Shown here: piece by piece, positions 24,054 to 37,356 of the stretch
Numbering within the stretch: the stretch's first letter is position 1
Layout: every line of letters begins with the position of its first letter
Assembly: GCA_002633005.1 (NCBI GenBank)
Contig: NMRA01000355.1
Location: 1-64,000 of the forward strand
From: Phoronis australis
Taxonomy: Eukaryota; Animalia; Phoronida
Direction: 5' to 3'
DNA length: 64,000 nt
Program-made: the position numbers and the translations under genes
The notes under the pieces: generated by a model
Told to the model about the DNA's origin: nothing
What the model saw: only the letters and a program-made list of their open reading frames with translations
Database searches by the model: none

Positions 24054-27000
24054 GCGTCACTCTTTCCATATTAGTTTCAACCCATGTTTACTCTGAAGTT
24101 AGAGTTAATGTACTGTGATTTTGGTTCTCCAGGAAGGCCAAAGGTGGCGTTGTAACTACAGTGCCGTTGTTCTGCGTATAATACATGTAAAATGTATGCA
24201 GAGTATACATGTAGTGTATTACAACCAACACTGCTTGAACTTCAACAGTCTGTGTGATTTCACGTGTGGCAGTTGAGGGACGGGGTGTTATCAAACTTTT
24301 TCCATCCATTAGCTGTAACCGTCAAATCTACATGTACCGGTTTATCTGAAATGAGTTCATTTAATTGGTTTATGACCATAGTGACAATACTTGCACGCCT
24401 TGCAGTCGCGATTTGCTCTTGAAACAGAAGCTTACAACCTTTGAAGAACCATGCCTCTCACCGGCATCTGACTAAGCGGACAAACCACCAGACTTACATT
24501 TACTAAAGGCGATAAGAAAATTGAGCATGCCTTCTTATCAAACTTTAAAAACTTTATCGAAGCGTGTTTGGAGACGTCCTTGGCAATTTCAGAGAGTCGA
24601 ATCACGATTCACGTTGGGTGGTCTCAGGTCTTAGGCTATACACTGTACTTGTCTCGGGATTGTGATATGCCAAGTTTACATGCTAAAAAATTACGAGCGT
24701 ACCTATTGAAGATCCATGTAACAATTCCATTTAACCTCTAAGGACGTTATCCATGATAATTTCGATGTTAGAATGATAAATGGCTCGAACATGTAATTTC
24801 AATTCTGACCCAAATTGGTAAATCGAAATGAATTGAATTTTTAGCTCATATAATTGAAACTGTAGTTTTGTGATTCAAAGAAAATGTAAGTACACCGGGA
24901 GCGTATTTGCGAAATGTCACAGTGTATTTCCTGTTTCGCGGTATTTACTCACAATACTATTCGCCAGAAGGGCACGTCTGCACAATTTTCCAATGCTGCC
25001 ATGTGTGACGCAGTAAATTTTTCTTCATTTGACCACCTCAGCTCAGTGCACGTAGTCTAATCTTTGTGCTCAAAATCGAATTTGAAATTATTTCCCCTTT
25101 TCGTCCTGTTTTAAGACACACTCAAGATAAAGAAGTTATGATCCAGAGCACGAAAACGTTTTGGTTTGTATGAATCACTGTCTAATCCTAGTTTGTACTT
25201 GATGACCCCATAACTAAAGCTACAAGTTCGAGTCTGAACTCGAAATTTCGAGATATCTCGAGATAGTAGCTCATACCTATTGGTCATCAAATGCGAACTT
25301 CGCCTAGAAACTTATCTCCGTAACCAAAATGTACTCCAGCATAGAACAATAAACACACAGACTTAGTTGAGTTCGTAGCAAAACTGGACCTAAAATGTAG
25401 AGAAAAGTTTCCGGCCCGAAAGTGTGTAAGCATCACGCAGTCAATCGTACAACGCATCGTGACGTCATGATAGAGCCATTGTTTTGCATCTGACGTAGAT
25501 TCATTTTTGTCACTATGCTCGTTACATGTATTAAGCCTCTCTCCATGTGTGCACTCAGCAATGAGCAAATTCAAGTCAGATTCTAATGACGTAAAAAATA
25601 CTGTGTATGAAGGGAAAAGGGGCACTGGCAACATTCACAACAGTGCTTCTTTCTTTGTACCACTTTCAGTTAGGAAAATTGTTCTTCAACAAAACATTCA
25701 ATCGCAAGCAAAAACAGCGAATGTTTGAAGTCTTGCCTATGAGAGGCCGTTTCTTCAGTATCAGAAGTTAAGGAACATGAGCCTACACTTAGAGGAAAAT
25801 GCGCTGAAAATCTTAGTTGGTTTCCCGCATGACTTCTTAATTTGTGGGACTATTAACTCATTCATAATAAAAGTTGTTGTCACTCCCGTTTGTTAGCAGT
25901 CAGTGATTTACTCTTTATCAAGGCGCTTTGGCGCTTAAACGCATCATCATACTCACCCGATATTGATACCGAATGAGTCACCAACAGTCGCATGCGTGCA
26001 ATTTCAGAGTTACTTGAGTCGTTGAGAGTTTCGATGTTCTTGGTAGGGTCCCATCACGATGAGGAATGTGGGATTAGTTTTATGAGACTAAAAAGTCTTT
26101 TTTTGATGTCCATTTTAGCCATATAAACAGCAAACTACAGCCTTTAGTTATGTAGAACGCTATAAAATGCCCTAAGTTGGTTAGTTTCGGACCATTTTAT
26201 CTCAGAAATGTCTGATTGGATTCACAAGAAACATTATGATATTAATATGATTCCAACTCTGTTCTCTAAAACGATTTCAGGGGACTGTATTTATAATGTC
26301 CCAATTTCGCGCGAGGGACGAACATTTATTAATAGGATTTTCGTGATGTTCTTGAATTAACTAGAAAATTACGCAAGTTGAAAAGGAAGTGCTAGTCAGA
26401 AAACTGTAACCGGGTTTCTGAGATATATTCTTGGATATTTGTGTCAAACGAAACTTGTTTATGTTGTTTTGTGTGTTAAAATGCATATTTCTTTTTTCTA
26501 AAAAGTACCAAAAGACATGGTCGCGTGACCTAGATCAATAAACTTTGGTAAAGAGTCGAAAGTCAAACTCCGCAGTCTTTTGTATTCTCAACAAGGTGTT
26601 ATACCTTTACACAGTAAACATCTATAAATGTTTGGAAGTTTGTCTAAAAACATGCAGTCATCGATAAGATACTACAAGGCCCGAGTTATTGTAAATTCAA
26701 ATACGTAGCAGTTTAGAGACTTTTGTCAACTGAACATCTGGTACACGTCAACTAAACATTTCGCGCACAAGTCTGTCTGCGAATGAACCGAGCAATGGCA
26801 TTTTTGAAAACTTTCTTGGCGCAAAACGCGATCTCGTGGCATTGCCACAGTTAACGCGAAGAAAAAAGAACTCGGCAAAAGCAAAATATCCATCAGTAGT
26901 AAAATTCTTCACGTGTTTACCTACATGTAGGTGTATCATTGAGTGGACATCGTGCGAATGAACTAAGAATCAACACAGAATCTAAAATGCTCCTGCGATG

Positions 27001-29568
27001 ACTTTGTTCTGAATCTCTCCAAGTTGTAACGCAGTTATTGTGTTGTTTCCTCCGAGCACAATGCACTTAGCGTAAGCCATCACTGCCCAAAGGCCTACTG
27101 TAAATTTAGTGTTTCAACGCTTCCTATTGGATGCACCTGTGAGAGATACGCGTTGCAAGCATAATTGGAACCGTGAGTATCGCCATTCCGAATGACAGAT
27201 TTCTAGTCCTTTGGTAGAATTTTTACTTCAAATTTACACTGTAACGGACGTTTACGTGGAATTGCCATTGATTCTACTACTTAATAAAACGAGTGTAAGC
27301 TTGAAAATGTCGCTTTAGACCACATACGGTTTTGATAGTGGTTTATTATAGCTTGAGACCAACCTCTAATCTGGTGTGTGGTTTTATAGGCCGAGCATGG
27401 TGTCAAAGAATAAAAAAATCAAAGCGCCAGTATTTTTCCAAAATATAAATCAATTATCATTCAAGTAAGTTCAGAGAGTAAGTAATTTAAATCAAAAGTA
27501 TACCACTTCTTGCACGGAGTTATCAAAAACTACATTCCGTTACCGTGCATACGATTGTCGAGACCCATCTACATGTTTGATCTTAACTCTGGGTAAAAGC
27601 GAGCAAAACACTTTTAAACATTACTTGAGTAAAAGTTGCCCAATTTGTTACAAAATAAACGTTGGTGTAATATCAGGTCTCTCCATCTTCCTGACAGTGA
27701 TCAGATGTCCGTTACCAACAAGAGCATAGAACGCACCAGGCACTCAAGCAAACGTTTCTTAGTTTATTAGGGTTGGTCAACCCTAAAAATCGGAAATGGC
27801 GCAAGCACACACTTCTTGGGACTTGTGAGTTGTGGCATATTCGGCAGCAAATCATTAACGAATACATGTACATGTACATGTAAGTGTAGTAGCTTTAAGT
27901 TAGAACTCAGTAGTGTCCTTTCAACAGCGGGAATGTAGCTTTAAACAAAAGCATTTCAATACGGTTCTGATGTCGCGTGACCATTCGGTATATATTTGTG
28001 ACGCTGTGCTGTTTGGCAGATAGGATAAATTTATTGTATTATTAGAGTATCTTGAGGTGTTACGCGCATGATAGTCGATTGTGGAATTGGGGTAAACAAT
28101 GTTATTAACAGAATGCATGTAGGGTCCGGCCTTTGTTTATCAAGTGCAATACGAACGGTCGGCGCTTTGGAGGTCGCAATCACGATATTACGAACGCAGC
28201 GCAACTAACATTCATATGTTTCTATTCAGTCTGAACGGCTACCGTCGCAATCCACTTTAATGAACCGTGTCCAAATTAAATGCATGTTACCGGCGATCCG
28301 CTTACTGCCAGACTTACGACCAGACTTGCAACCTTTCTATAATGCAAGCACTGGATTTTATGAGACACATCGGATTCTGAAGTAAATGAATTTGACAGAA
28401 AATAACTGATCGTTGCCTACGTTACCTTGATTAAATCAACGACAAAGGAAATTGAGCCAGCAATGCAAACATAAGTTGTAGCGTTTCCCACATACATGTA
28501 AGTGACATCTATCGGAAAGGTATCCAGCTAATGCTTGGCAGTAGCGACCATACCAGAATGACCTAAGGGGAATATAATTTGAAGCGGAATATCGGCCAGT
28601 CTTCAAAAGACGAACTACTACATGTACAGAAGAGGATGGTTTTAAAACCGCATGTGTAAGAATTCAAAATATTTAACAATAATGCAGTAAGTAAGTTCTC
28701 TTTCGCGCATGAAAGCAAAATTCATTGATTTAGATCATGCTGTTGTTATTGTTTAATTCATTTACGTTCCCTGGTGCTGTCAAAACAGATTATTGGTTAT
28801 TGGTTTGTCAAACTGGCGAGAACGTCAGCCATGCAACGAGTTTTCTGCATCGGAGACAAATGACACCTATTTCCCTAGTCTCCCCTAATTCCAGAGGTGA
28901 AAATTTAGCCATAATACCTGGCGCAAAGTCTTAAAATAGGGATCGCAACGATTATCGCGCATGTTGCTCCCACATTGGTTGTATGTGGTAAGTGTGCGTG
29001 ATTCCAATTTAACTTTCATGGTAAGGGATCATTGCTAGTGTTCAGCGTTCTTTGAGATGTGGTCTAGGTTACGCTTCCGTTGCATGCGCTTAATACATGT
29101 AATTCTGCTTGGTGATGAATCACCATTCTGTGCCGGTAAAGGTACGATTACCGTCCACGTGTCAACCGTTGAATAGCCAAAGGGTAACAGAACAGTTTTC
29201 ATTTGGTTTTGCCCAAGGAAAACACACATTCATGTACTTGTCACCTTTTCTCAACTCTGTCAAAACCGGCATCCAAATAACGACAAGTTTCGAGTCATTT
29301 CACATCAAACTCCCTAAAGATGAGCACTGGAACTTTATTGTGTCTTGTATTTTGGCCTTTTCACTCCTACTTACAAAAACAATGATGGCAAAACAGGCAT
29401 TTTTAAACACACTAAATTATGACTTTTCATTTCAAAACCACCAACCTCATTGCCAATGCACGACATAAGCCGACGTTAGATTCTGAAAGCAAATTTCCCA
29501 AAAATGTGGTCCAAAAATTCTAAGGACTATCTGAAATCGCCATATATCAATAAAGCATAAAAATATTT

Positions 29569-29660
29569 CCAGGTGATCAGTGCAATGGGCCCACATGCGA
29601 GGCCTGCGCACGTCTGGTACAACGTGTATCAGACCGCCTGCAATTATTTTTTATTATTTT
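29569..29660 (+). mobile_element. 3' fragment of the SINE seen at 6021-6260, antisense in the Amt 3' UTR
   Basis: About 90 bp similar to 6175-6260, including acgtctggtacaacgtgta and the TTA-rich tail. Confidence 0.75.
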
Positions 29661-29669
29661 CCCAACAAA

Positions 29670-30320
29670 TCAAACAAATGCTTTGTTTACACAACTTTTA
29701 GATGAATATTCGTTTTCGTTATGAACTGTTATACGCGTTAGACAAGAGGTAGACTCGTCGGTTACGATATGATTCGTTGTAATTTCGTTGGATGGAATGC
29801 GCGCATTCTCAGTACGATTTGAATCGTGATGTCTTGTAGTGTAAGCGTTGTTATGCAAACGTTCACTCGTAGATTCTGAAGGGTATGAATATTCGGCTTG
29901 AAATTCTTGCCCATGGACGTCATCAGATCTCGGAACTACTTCTAAACTCTCATCCGTGAAGTAAACCCAGCGACTATTAGAATTAATGACGTCACGGTTG
30001 CCACTGACGGGTCCTGAACTACCGTTCAAAGTGCCTTTTGAAGCCGACGACGGCAACTGAGACCTGGGACGACGCGCTTGGTCATAATCGTACTCCACAC
30101 TTCTTCGATGTCCGTAACTCGATCTTCGACGAAAACACGAACGTCTCCTTTGTTTCAACTTGTTTATGTTGAATATCGATGGACAACTGAATGTGTTCTT
30201 CTCGCCGTCTGTGATTGGCTCATCGCCGTCAGAGTAATCCCCAATTCCGTGCTCACACCAATCAGCTCCCAATATCTCATCTCCAAGGCTCACGCGCATG
30301 CCTATAGTTAAATCGATCAT
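29670..30320 (-). CDS. Amt: Ammonium transporter, coding exon 7 (post-TM11 motif and long cytoplasmic tail)
   Basis: Acceptor ctcttgcag|ATG, phase 0; IDLTIGMRVSLGDEILGADWCEHG matches the Amt LRV...E..GxD..EHG motif; TGA at 29672-29670. Confidence 0.92.
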   Translation of the reverse strand: MIDLTIGMRVSLGDEILGADWCEHGIGDYSDGDEPITDGEKNTFSCPSIFNINKLKQRRRSCFRRRSSYGHRRSVEYDYDQARRPRSQLPSSASKGTLNGSSGPVSGNRDVINSNSRWVYFTDESLEVVPRSDDVHGQEFQAEYSYPSESTSERLHNNAYTTRHHDSNRTENARIPSNEITTNHIVTDESTSCLTRITVHNENEYSSKSCVNKAFV

Positions 30321-33300
30321 CTGCAAGAGAAGGTAAATGTCGGTAAAACTGTACCGGACCCTATCTTGCACAGTCATAAGTCTTCAGCAAGTCGTAAACA
30401 GAATACGACACTCTGGTGGTTAATAATTCTGTATCAAAACGAGGCTTGACAGACGACAATAACCCCCAATTTATGAGATCCCGAACGGTTCATTCAGTGT
30501 TCCTACAGAAACTAGCTTTTACGTAGATTTTCAAACGGCTCTTGTCTGTCCGATTGGGAACCAAAATATTTTCTCTGTGTGGATTTTCTTCCGACTTCCG
30601 TGAAACTTTGGTCAGAACACCAAAAGTTCGACGATTGCCCATTATGAGTCGAAGGTGCTTGAAGTTTTCACAACGATCTGACCAAAATTGCCACTGGAAA
30701 CAATTACTGACGTTTAAAGGGTCATTTGACTAAAAAGTAACGTGATGTACTAAGATCGAAATGGAGAATCGCGAGGCATGACCGTCTTCAGAAGACTGTA
30801 GAGCACAAAACGTTCAGACTGCAAGAACATAAAAAAACGCAAAAAGTCCCTGGCGGGAATTGCCAGCGCTTTTAAGGTCTAACGTTCGCGTGAGCAAAAA
30901 TTAAAGTACTGATGAAACTTATTAGGCAATATTCTGTCGTGTTATACATGTACGTAGCTACATGTACATGTATATTCTTTCTTACTATAGCGGTCGCTGC
31001 TATCGCCTCTAGCGAGATGGAAATTGAATTTATTTTATCAGAAATTTCCCGCCAAACGTTCATCAAATTATGGCAGACAGACAATGCTGAAGGAAAATAC
31101 TTGTAGACAATAAAAACCGTCTTGCTATTTTACAACAAGTCGGACTGAGGCTTGGTGTCGTTACGCACCTTTAGTCGATTTTGTCTGCCTCTCAGGGCTT
31201 CGCGAGATGAGCCAAACTTCCTACCGGGTGAATGTGGTGAATGGTTTACTCTGTCTGAGATGTTTGTCACTTGGATATGAATTAGCAAATAATTCCGCAG
31301 CGGAAAACAGAAAATCATAGTTGCAAATTAAATTAGGGTAACACCTGCCATCGGAGGACGCCATTTCTTTGGATTGTGAGCAATCTCTCCCGCTGTTCAA
31401 GCCTTGTTTCAGAGAATAAATGTTATTAATGACATACTGTATATCATTTTCATAAAACGATATTGGGGGGACATTGGGCACGAGTAGCTACTGTAGTTTT
31501 CCCTCCCTCGCGTACTTTCAAACGTTCAATGTTCCAGTTTTGTTCTTGACGCGAAAAAGACACCAACTGCGTGGAATTTACCCGTTCTAAGCACATATTG
31601 TTACTGCAGATTTCTAAAAAAACTTTATGCTCACCACGTTTACACAAAAGCAAATATGCTATCTTTCAATGCAAATTGTTGGTTATTGGATGTCTGTCTG
31701 CAATATACATGTACGTGTCATGCTATTCGAATAGCCTTGCTATTATTATCTATCTGCGTAATTATATTGACGTTAATGGAAACCTTGGCTGAGTTAGGTA
31801 GACGCAGGAACCTCGCTAGTGTGAACAACTGAACACGCACGTCTCGTGTAATGCGTTGCATTTTCGCAAGGTTCTCAATGCACGCCCTAACTGCGATAAA
31901 TAGCGGATTGCACTCTCTGTACAATTTGCTTGTGGTGTGAAGAGGTAGTTGACAACCTTGATGCAAAGCTGTATGAATATACAGCTTGGGATCTACTTGT
32001 ATGTGAATGAACAAATGGACAAGTAAAATCTAGCACAAAATTAGTATCATGATGAAGCACACATTTCATTGAATACAACTATTTACAGATGTCATAAAAA
32101 TAGTCGTCCTACCGTTATTCTGCTGCTTTACCGTAGAGCTGCCTTATGAGCGACGAGTTTCAACGCCATGGCATATAGCGCCAACTTTTGGACATTTTTT
32201 TTCGATTCTTTAATCAACTGTTCTGCTTCAACTAGGTTGCGTACATGACAAAACGAATTATCAGAACTGGTTTCGCTTCATTTTACGCTTTTGGAATTTT
32301 GATACCTGCAAACCGAATTTCAGTTCAAAGTTTTTGTGAGGCAGTCAAAAATTAAGAAACTTACTTCTCTATGTTACAAAAGCAGGCGAATTATACAAGA
32401 AATAACTTTGATTAGATTGATGTTTTCACTTAAACGGACGCCAACGGAAAAGGTTTGTGTCGGACGGGCTCCCAGGTTTTGGATACACCCCTGCCGTTCG
32501 TTAGCTCTACATGTACATGTTAACATACGTTTCACGACTAGGTGACGAGCAGAACTATCCGAGAAATGTGGAATTTCGAGGTCTGTTGGAGATAAGCTAA
32601 CAAAGGTTCATAGCCAATAGGCTACTCACCTCTTAAACAGAGCTGAAGGGCCACAGGAGGGCTTTTCCGATTCCTGAAATGGGCATAAAACAAAAGAATG
32701 GGGGGAAATTCTTATTCAGCGTGTTAGTACTGTACTATCCATATCAAATTCCCTTCACATGTTTAGGGAAAACCGTAACCGGTCTTACCGCTTATACTTC
32801 GCCTTTTCACCTTCCTTTAACAACGAATCGAATCGTCTGCACTCTTGTAACCACAGTTTTTGACCTAATGACGTCATGTTGTGACCCGAATGCCAGCCAA
32901 TCCGCCAAGTGAATGTTTCAGCTAGCGAGTTCACAAAAGTGCAAATGGCGGAGTGGAGAGCGAATTGTAAAAAGTAGAATTTTTGAGTGAATATGTGCTT
33001 TCGAAAGGGTTGGTTTCTGTGCATATATATTTGACGGATTATTTCTTCAGATACACCTGTAAATGTATTCAATCGCAATTTCGACATGTGCAGGCTAATA
33101 TTTGATGTGCAATTCGAGTGTGATATGTATAACTTAATTCTACACTTTTAATATACGGACTTCTACACCTATTAAAGGGCTAGTTTGCCGACTAAATGTT
33201 TCATAGCCGCATATTGAAGTTAGTCTCCATACAGCTAGCTGGCTGGAAAGTTACTCGTTAGCTAGCCAGAATGCTGCAGCTTGAAACCACTGTGCGTTAA

Positions 33301-33539
33301 GGTCCAACAGACCTCAAAATTTCACACCACCCGGGTAGTTCTGTGTGTCATCTCGGCGTGAAACTTGTCTCAGCATTAACAGCTAACGACCGGCGGGTGT
33401 CCATGCAAAACTTATAAGTCAACCGACACTTACATTGCCCGATACATCCGTAAAAGTGAAAAACAATATAATAAACGACATTTTCTTGCACAATTCTCGG
33501 CCTTTCGTAACAAATAAAAACCTATCGTCAGCAAAAGAC

Positions 33540-34070
33540 GTCGTATGGAGGTAACAAGGTATTGTTTGAATTGCGAGATTCATGCGACGGTCGTAAGCGC
33601 GTCGCATGGTTATTGCGTATGGGACACTTCCATTGTTTTCCTTTTATGTGATTTTGGTGGAGATAACACTGCAGGTCGCATGGCTATCGTATATTGGGGG
33701 CATATCAGCCCATTACCCGGTTAATGCTTGCCGATATCTTTATAAAAGGAAAGAAAAACAAAGTGACCAATGCATACGCCTATCTGGTGATATCTATGCT
33801 ATGAGCTTGCGACCTAGTTTCGCGTGGGCAAGTTTGAAAACAGTACGCTCGTCGCACGTGCACCCGCCATTTCCTAACGTCTTTGCGACATATCTCGGGA
33901 GATGATGGCAACTTTGCAGCAGCAAAATTTGTTCTGAAATTCGGTTTGCTGGTTTTGAAAATACACAAAATCTATAACGAAATGAAACCAGTTCCGATAT
34001 TTTGTTGTGACATGTACGCAGGCTTGTGGAAGAAAACAGTGTATACAGCAGTATTTTTAGTATTCAGTTT
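33540..34070. repeat. Interspersed repeat; second copy at about 52564-53030
   Basis: tattgttt.a.ttgcgagat.catgcgacgg.cgtaagcgcgt.gcatggt and aaagaaaaacaaag are shared. Confidence 0.8.
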
Positions 34071-34165
34071 GGCACCAAGGCTAGCTGCTCGTGTGCCCCA
34101 ACGAAACGTTATTTACTACGACGCATTGAAAGACAAGACAAGAACTAACAAACAAGATGGTATAC

Positions 34166-34300
34166 CTTAAGAAGCAAGAAAGAGGTAATAGCTGTCCATG
34201 TTGAGACGACAATAATGGTCAATGCCTGCACCCCTAGCAGATAGAACCCTCCGCCTTTGAACAAACCACGTCGACCATAGGTGAGCGATAAGATATCTTC
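34166..34300 (-). CDS. Amt: Ammonium transporter, coding exon 6 (not in the ORF track in this frame)
   Basis: ctccatag|GAA...AAG|gtatac, 135 nt, phase 0/0: EDILSLTYGRRGLFKGGGFYLLGVQALTIIVVSTWTAITSFLLLK (GLF.GG..LLGVQ motif, TM11). Confidence 0.93.
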
Positions 34301-35596
34301 CTATGGAGATATAAAATAAATATGCATATGATTGAGAATACACTTGCCGCAAAGTTTTGATAAATTTACATATTCTCGCGAAAGGGGAATTCTAAAAGTA
34401 CAGAGCTCGTCCGGGCTAACGCCTCTTTTTCGGTTTTCTGCACACACCGAAATTTCCAAACTTTAATTTTCAAGATCCCATGCTTGGCTTAAAGGAGAAT
34501 GCCATCCAAAAACAACCTAGTTTGTATCAATTTAGATGGAGTAGTTCTACTCGATAACGGCACGTTCGGTTGCGTTACCTGACATCTGACAGCAGGCGGA
34601 GGTGTTGAAATTATCCAATGACGTAATTGGTTTCACATGCAGTCTGTTCAGCAATTCACAATACGGGTTAGTGTGATTATCGCCTGGATTCATCGTTTAA
34701 CACCAATAAATCATCAAACTTCGATGTAAAACCCTTAAAAACATTCTTATAAAAACGTGTTCTTATATTTCGCTGTTATGGATTTACAGGTATTTGGACA
34801 CACCGTAGCCTACAAAGTTCGGCAGGCCAATTTACCAAGGTACGTAGCATGAGTTTGGGGTCTGTTCGGAGACAAATTCGAAGTATTCTTCCGTGAAATA
34901 CAGACAGGAGAACCTAGATATGTGTTGTTTATACTTGTGATTTTTTGAGTTCTAAACACACAAAACGCTTGTTATCCCGGCCAGTGGCTCGGAACCCGAT
35001 CTGGCCCGGTGTCTTGACCGCGGGACTGACTCGTTATCCCGGACAGTGGCTCGGAACCGGGACTGGCACGAACGTAAACCAGCTTCAGTTGGAAACTAAA
35101 CCTCCAGTCACGAAAAGACCATACTAGTGAGCCAAAGAATGTGCACGTAATTACGTGAATTAGCCACGAAACTGAAAATCTACTTACTTGTCGGGGGCCG
35201 CGAAGTCGGGTTCCCCTTCCACAGACCGTCATGACAAAGGTACAGTAACAATGCTTTGAATAATGTATTTGTATTTCTAAATAAAGATTACCCTAACATG
35301 TGACCATAGCATATAAAATCAATTAATTGCTTCACAACAGCTTTTCGTCAGCAAACACTGAATAAGCATGCGCTCACACGGCCTCGGTGCCCGGTCGATT
35401 ACCTTTGTTGCCGGCATCAAAAGACGCAAAAACGCAGTGTTTTATTAATTGCTGGCTTCTCATTTGCACTCACGAGTACTCCAAGGCATTACAAAGTGTA
35501 TCTAATGAGACAGACTTTGTTTCAGTTTCATTATAAGCATTGGTTAGGATGAGAATAATTCATTTTGAAACAGAGCGCTGAATAATAAACGTTTAC

Positions 35597-35768
35597 ATGG
35601 CAACTCGGCCGGTGCCAATCCCGACTTAGTCAAGAGCTCATCCGACGAAGACTTCACGGGTCTGATCGTTAGGTTTCACAGGCTATCAGTTCGAACGGGA
35701 ATACACTGATCAAGAAATACTAGAGAAGCGCCTTGAACATGCACAGGCAACGGAATGCATGGATAGTT
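35597..35768 (+). pseudogene. Frameshifted N-terminus of a KolX/P2X7-C-terminal-like ORF
   Basis: SSSDEDF...GYQFEREYTDQEI across frameshifts; DNA homologous to 59787-59950, where the Cys cluster follows. Confidence 0.55.
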
Positions 35769-35779
35769 CTTTGGTAAGC

Positions 35780-36004
35780 TGGAATTCGTCAGAGAAATCA
35801 CTGTCGACGAAATGCCGGCCACAGACACGGAGATGTTTCACGGCCTCATACTTGCTATTAACAGCGTATTTTTCATTCTCCACTACGCGACCCACTTCCT
35901 AAGCATTTTGGACTCTCGAGGAAGTCGAAAAAATGATATACCCGATTTCTTCGCAGCTTCATAGTTCGGACAAGTGGGAACAAAGGATCGCAATATAGCG
36001 GCAT
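35780..36004 (-). pseudogene. Degenerate THAP domain (transposase N-terminus)
   Basis: Across frameshifts and a stop: MPLYC..VPTCPN...GISFFRLPRE...RKW...HLRVCGRHFVDSDF, i.e. the C2CH signature with the conserved P, W and F. Confidence 0.8.
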
Positions 36005-37174
36005 TCACTCTGCAGACGAACCACTGACGTCGCTACGTCGTTTCTCACCTTCCTCACAGGTTAACGCGACCTCTCGGCAAGGTGAGGTCGACCGTATAAG
36101 AGGCGATGTGGATACAGACCGATTAAGACGGTAAAAAAGGCTAATTAAATCGGGTGGCATTCTCCTTTAAGGCCTACAGTCAATTCATATGGCGGATACT
36201 AATTCTTTGTGAAGTCTCCGTGTCTTTGAAAACGCACGTCGTTTGCTTTTGAACATAGATCAGCCCCTTGTCATAATCGTAGTGCAACAACGTGTTCTTT
36301 ACTAGATGTGCGTTAGGAAATGGCTCCGTCTTTTGGTTGATACGCATTGTAATATTACCGTTCTTGTTTCCAAAAAGACCAATCCACCCTTCGGGTAAAC
36401 ACATACCGCCGGATTGAAAAATAAACGTTTTCAGAAACTCTAATTGCTCAAAGTAACGTCCACCTGCTTGTTTTACTTTCCCAATTTACCCACCTAGGCA
36501 TTTAGATGAAGAGTATCACGGGATTGCGACGTACAGTAGAGGTCCACGTAAGTATAATTGGAAAGTTTCGGTGTACATTCTTTCGGAGCAACAATGAGCA
36601 TTACGTGTAGACAATTTCCATAATTTCCCAAGCTTATATGTAGAACCAATCATTGGGAAAGACGTCAGAGGGCATTGTTTACATGTATATACGGATACAC
36701 AGAGGATTATTCCTGAAAATGGCAAATGCACGGCTTTGCAACCGCAATGATGAAGTCAAGTGCAGCAATAGCATACCCTGTGTTGTTCATGCATTTCCTT
36801 GGTACTGCCAGTTTACCGGAAATACGGCTGAGTGTAGTCTAATAACTGAAAAGATCGCGTGTAGCCAAGCAAAAGGTGTCCGTCTTTTAGATAACATAAA
36901 AACACCCAACTTCCTCCTGAGCTGTTTTTGGTCTCTTTGTTTGAGCGGTGATCCCGGGCAACGCATCAATTTAAATAGATGCACTGAATGTCCTCTTTCT
37001 CACGCTCCAGTGTCATTTATGAGTCTCAATCACATTAGAAAGACTATGGTTTACTTAAGTACGTGTAGATGTAACTGATTTTAGAAAAAAATATTCAACG
37101 CGAAAATTTCCGTTAAAATAACATTAAAACATTATGTTGAGAAATTAATGTGGTATACCTATTTAATCTCTCAC

Positions 37175-37356
37175 CTCTTCAGGAAATAACCCAATGCTTA
37201 GTAAGCCCCAAACGGACGCCATAAGATGCACAGGAATGACACCTGCCGGATCATCTACTTTCACTTTTTCTAGGAGCATGGTTCCTGCTACAGCAATGGC
37301 GCCACCAACAGACCCAATAATGAACGACTCCCAAGGATGGACCAAAGCACAACACC
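37175..37356 (-). CDS. Amt: Ammonium transporter, coding exon 5
   Basis: ttgtag|GG...GAG|gtgaga, 182 nt, phase 1 to 0; KVDDPAGVIPVHLMASVWG carries the second pore His. Confidence 0.95.

Larger units (their letters stand above)
34493..36166. mobile_element. Internally deleted Kolobok-like DNA transposon in Amt intron 5
   Basis: TTAA|AGGAGAATGCCATCC ... GGGTGGCATTCTCCT|TTAA (14/15 inverted match, TTAA on both sides); contains convergent THAP (-) and KolX-like (+) remnants. Confidence 0.8.

Noticed and set aside
32629-32673. Possible small Amt exon (ESEKPSCGPSALFK) with good-looking splice sites
   Set aside because: It would break phase between exons 6 and 7, and exon 6 at 34166-34300 already supplies the GLFKGG motif.
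34971-35062. Direct repeat gttatcccgg.cagtggctcggaacc as a CRISPR-like unit
   Set aside because: Only two copies, inside a transposon in a eukaryotic intron, with no cas genes.
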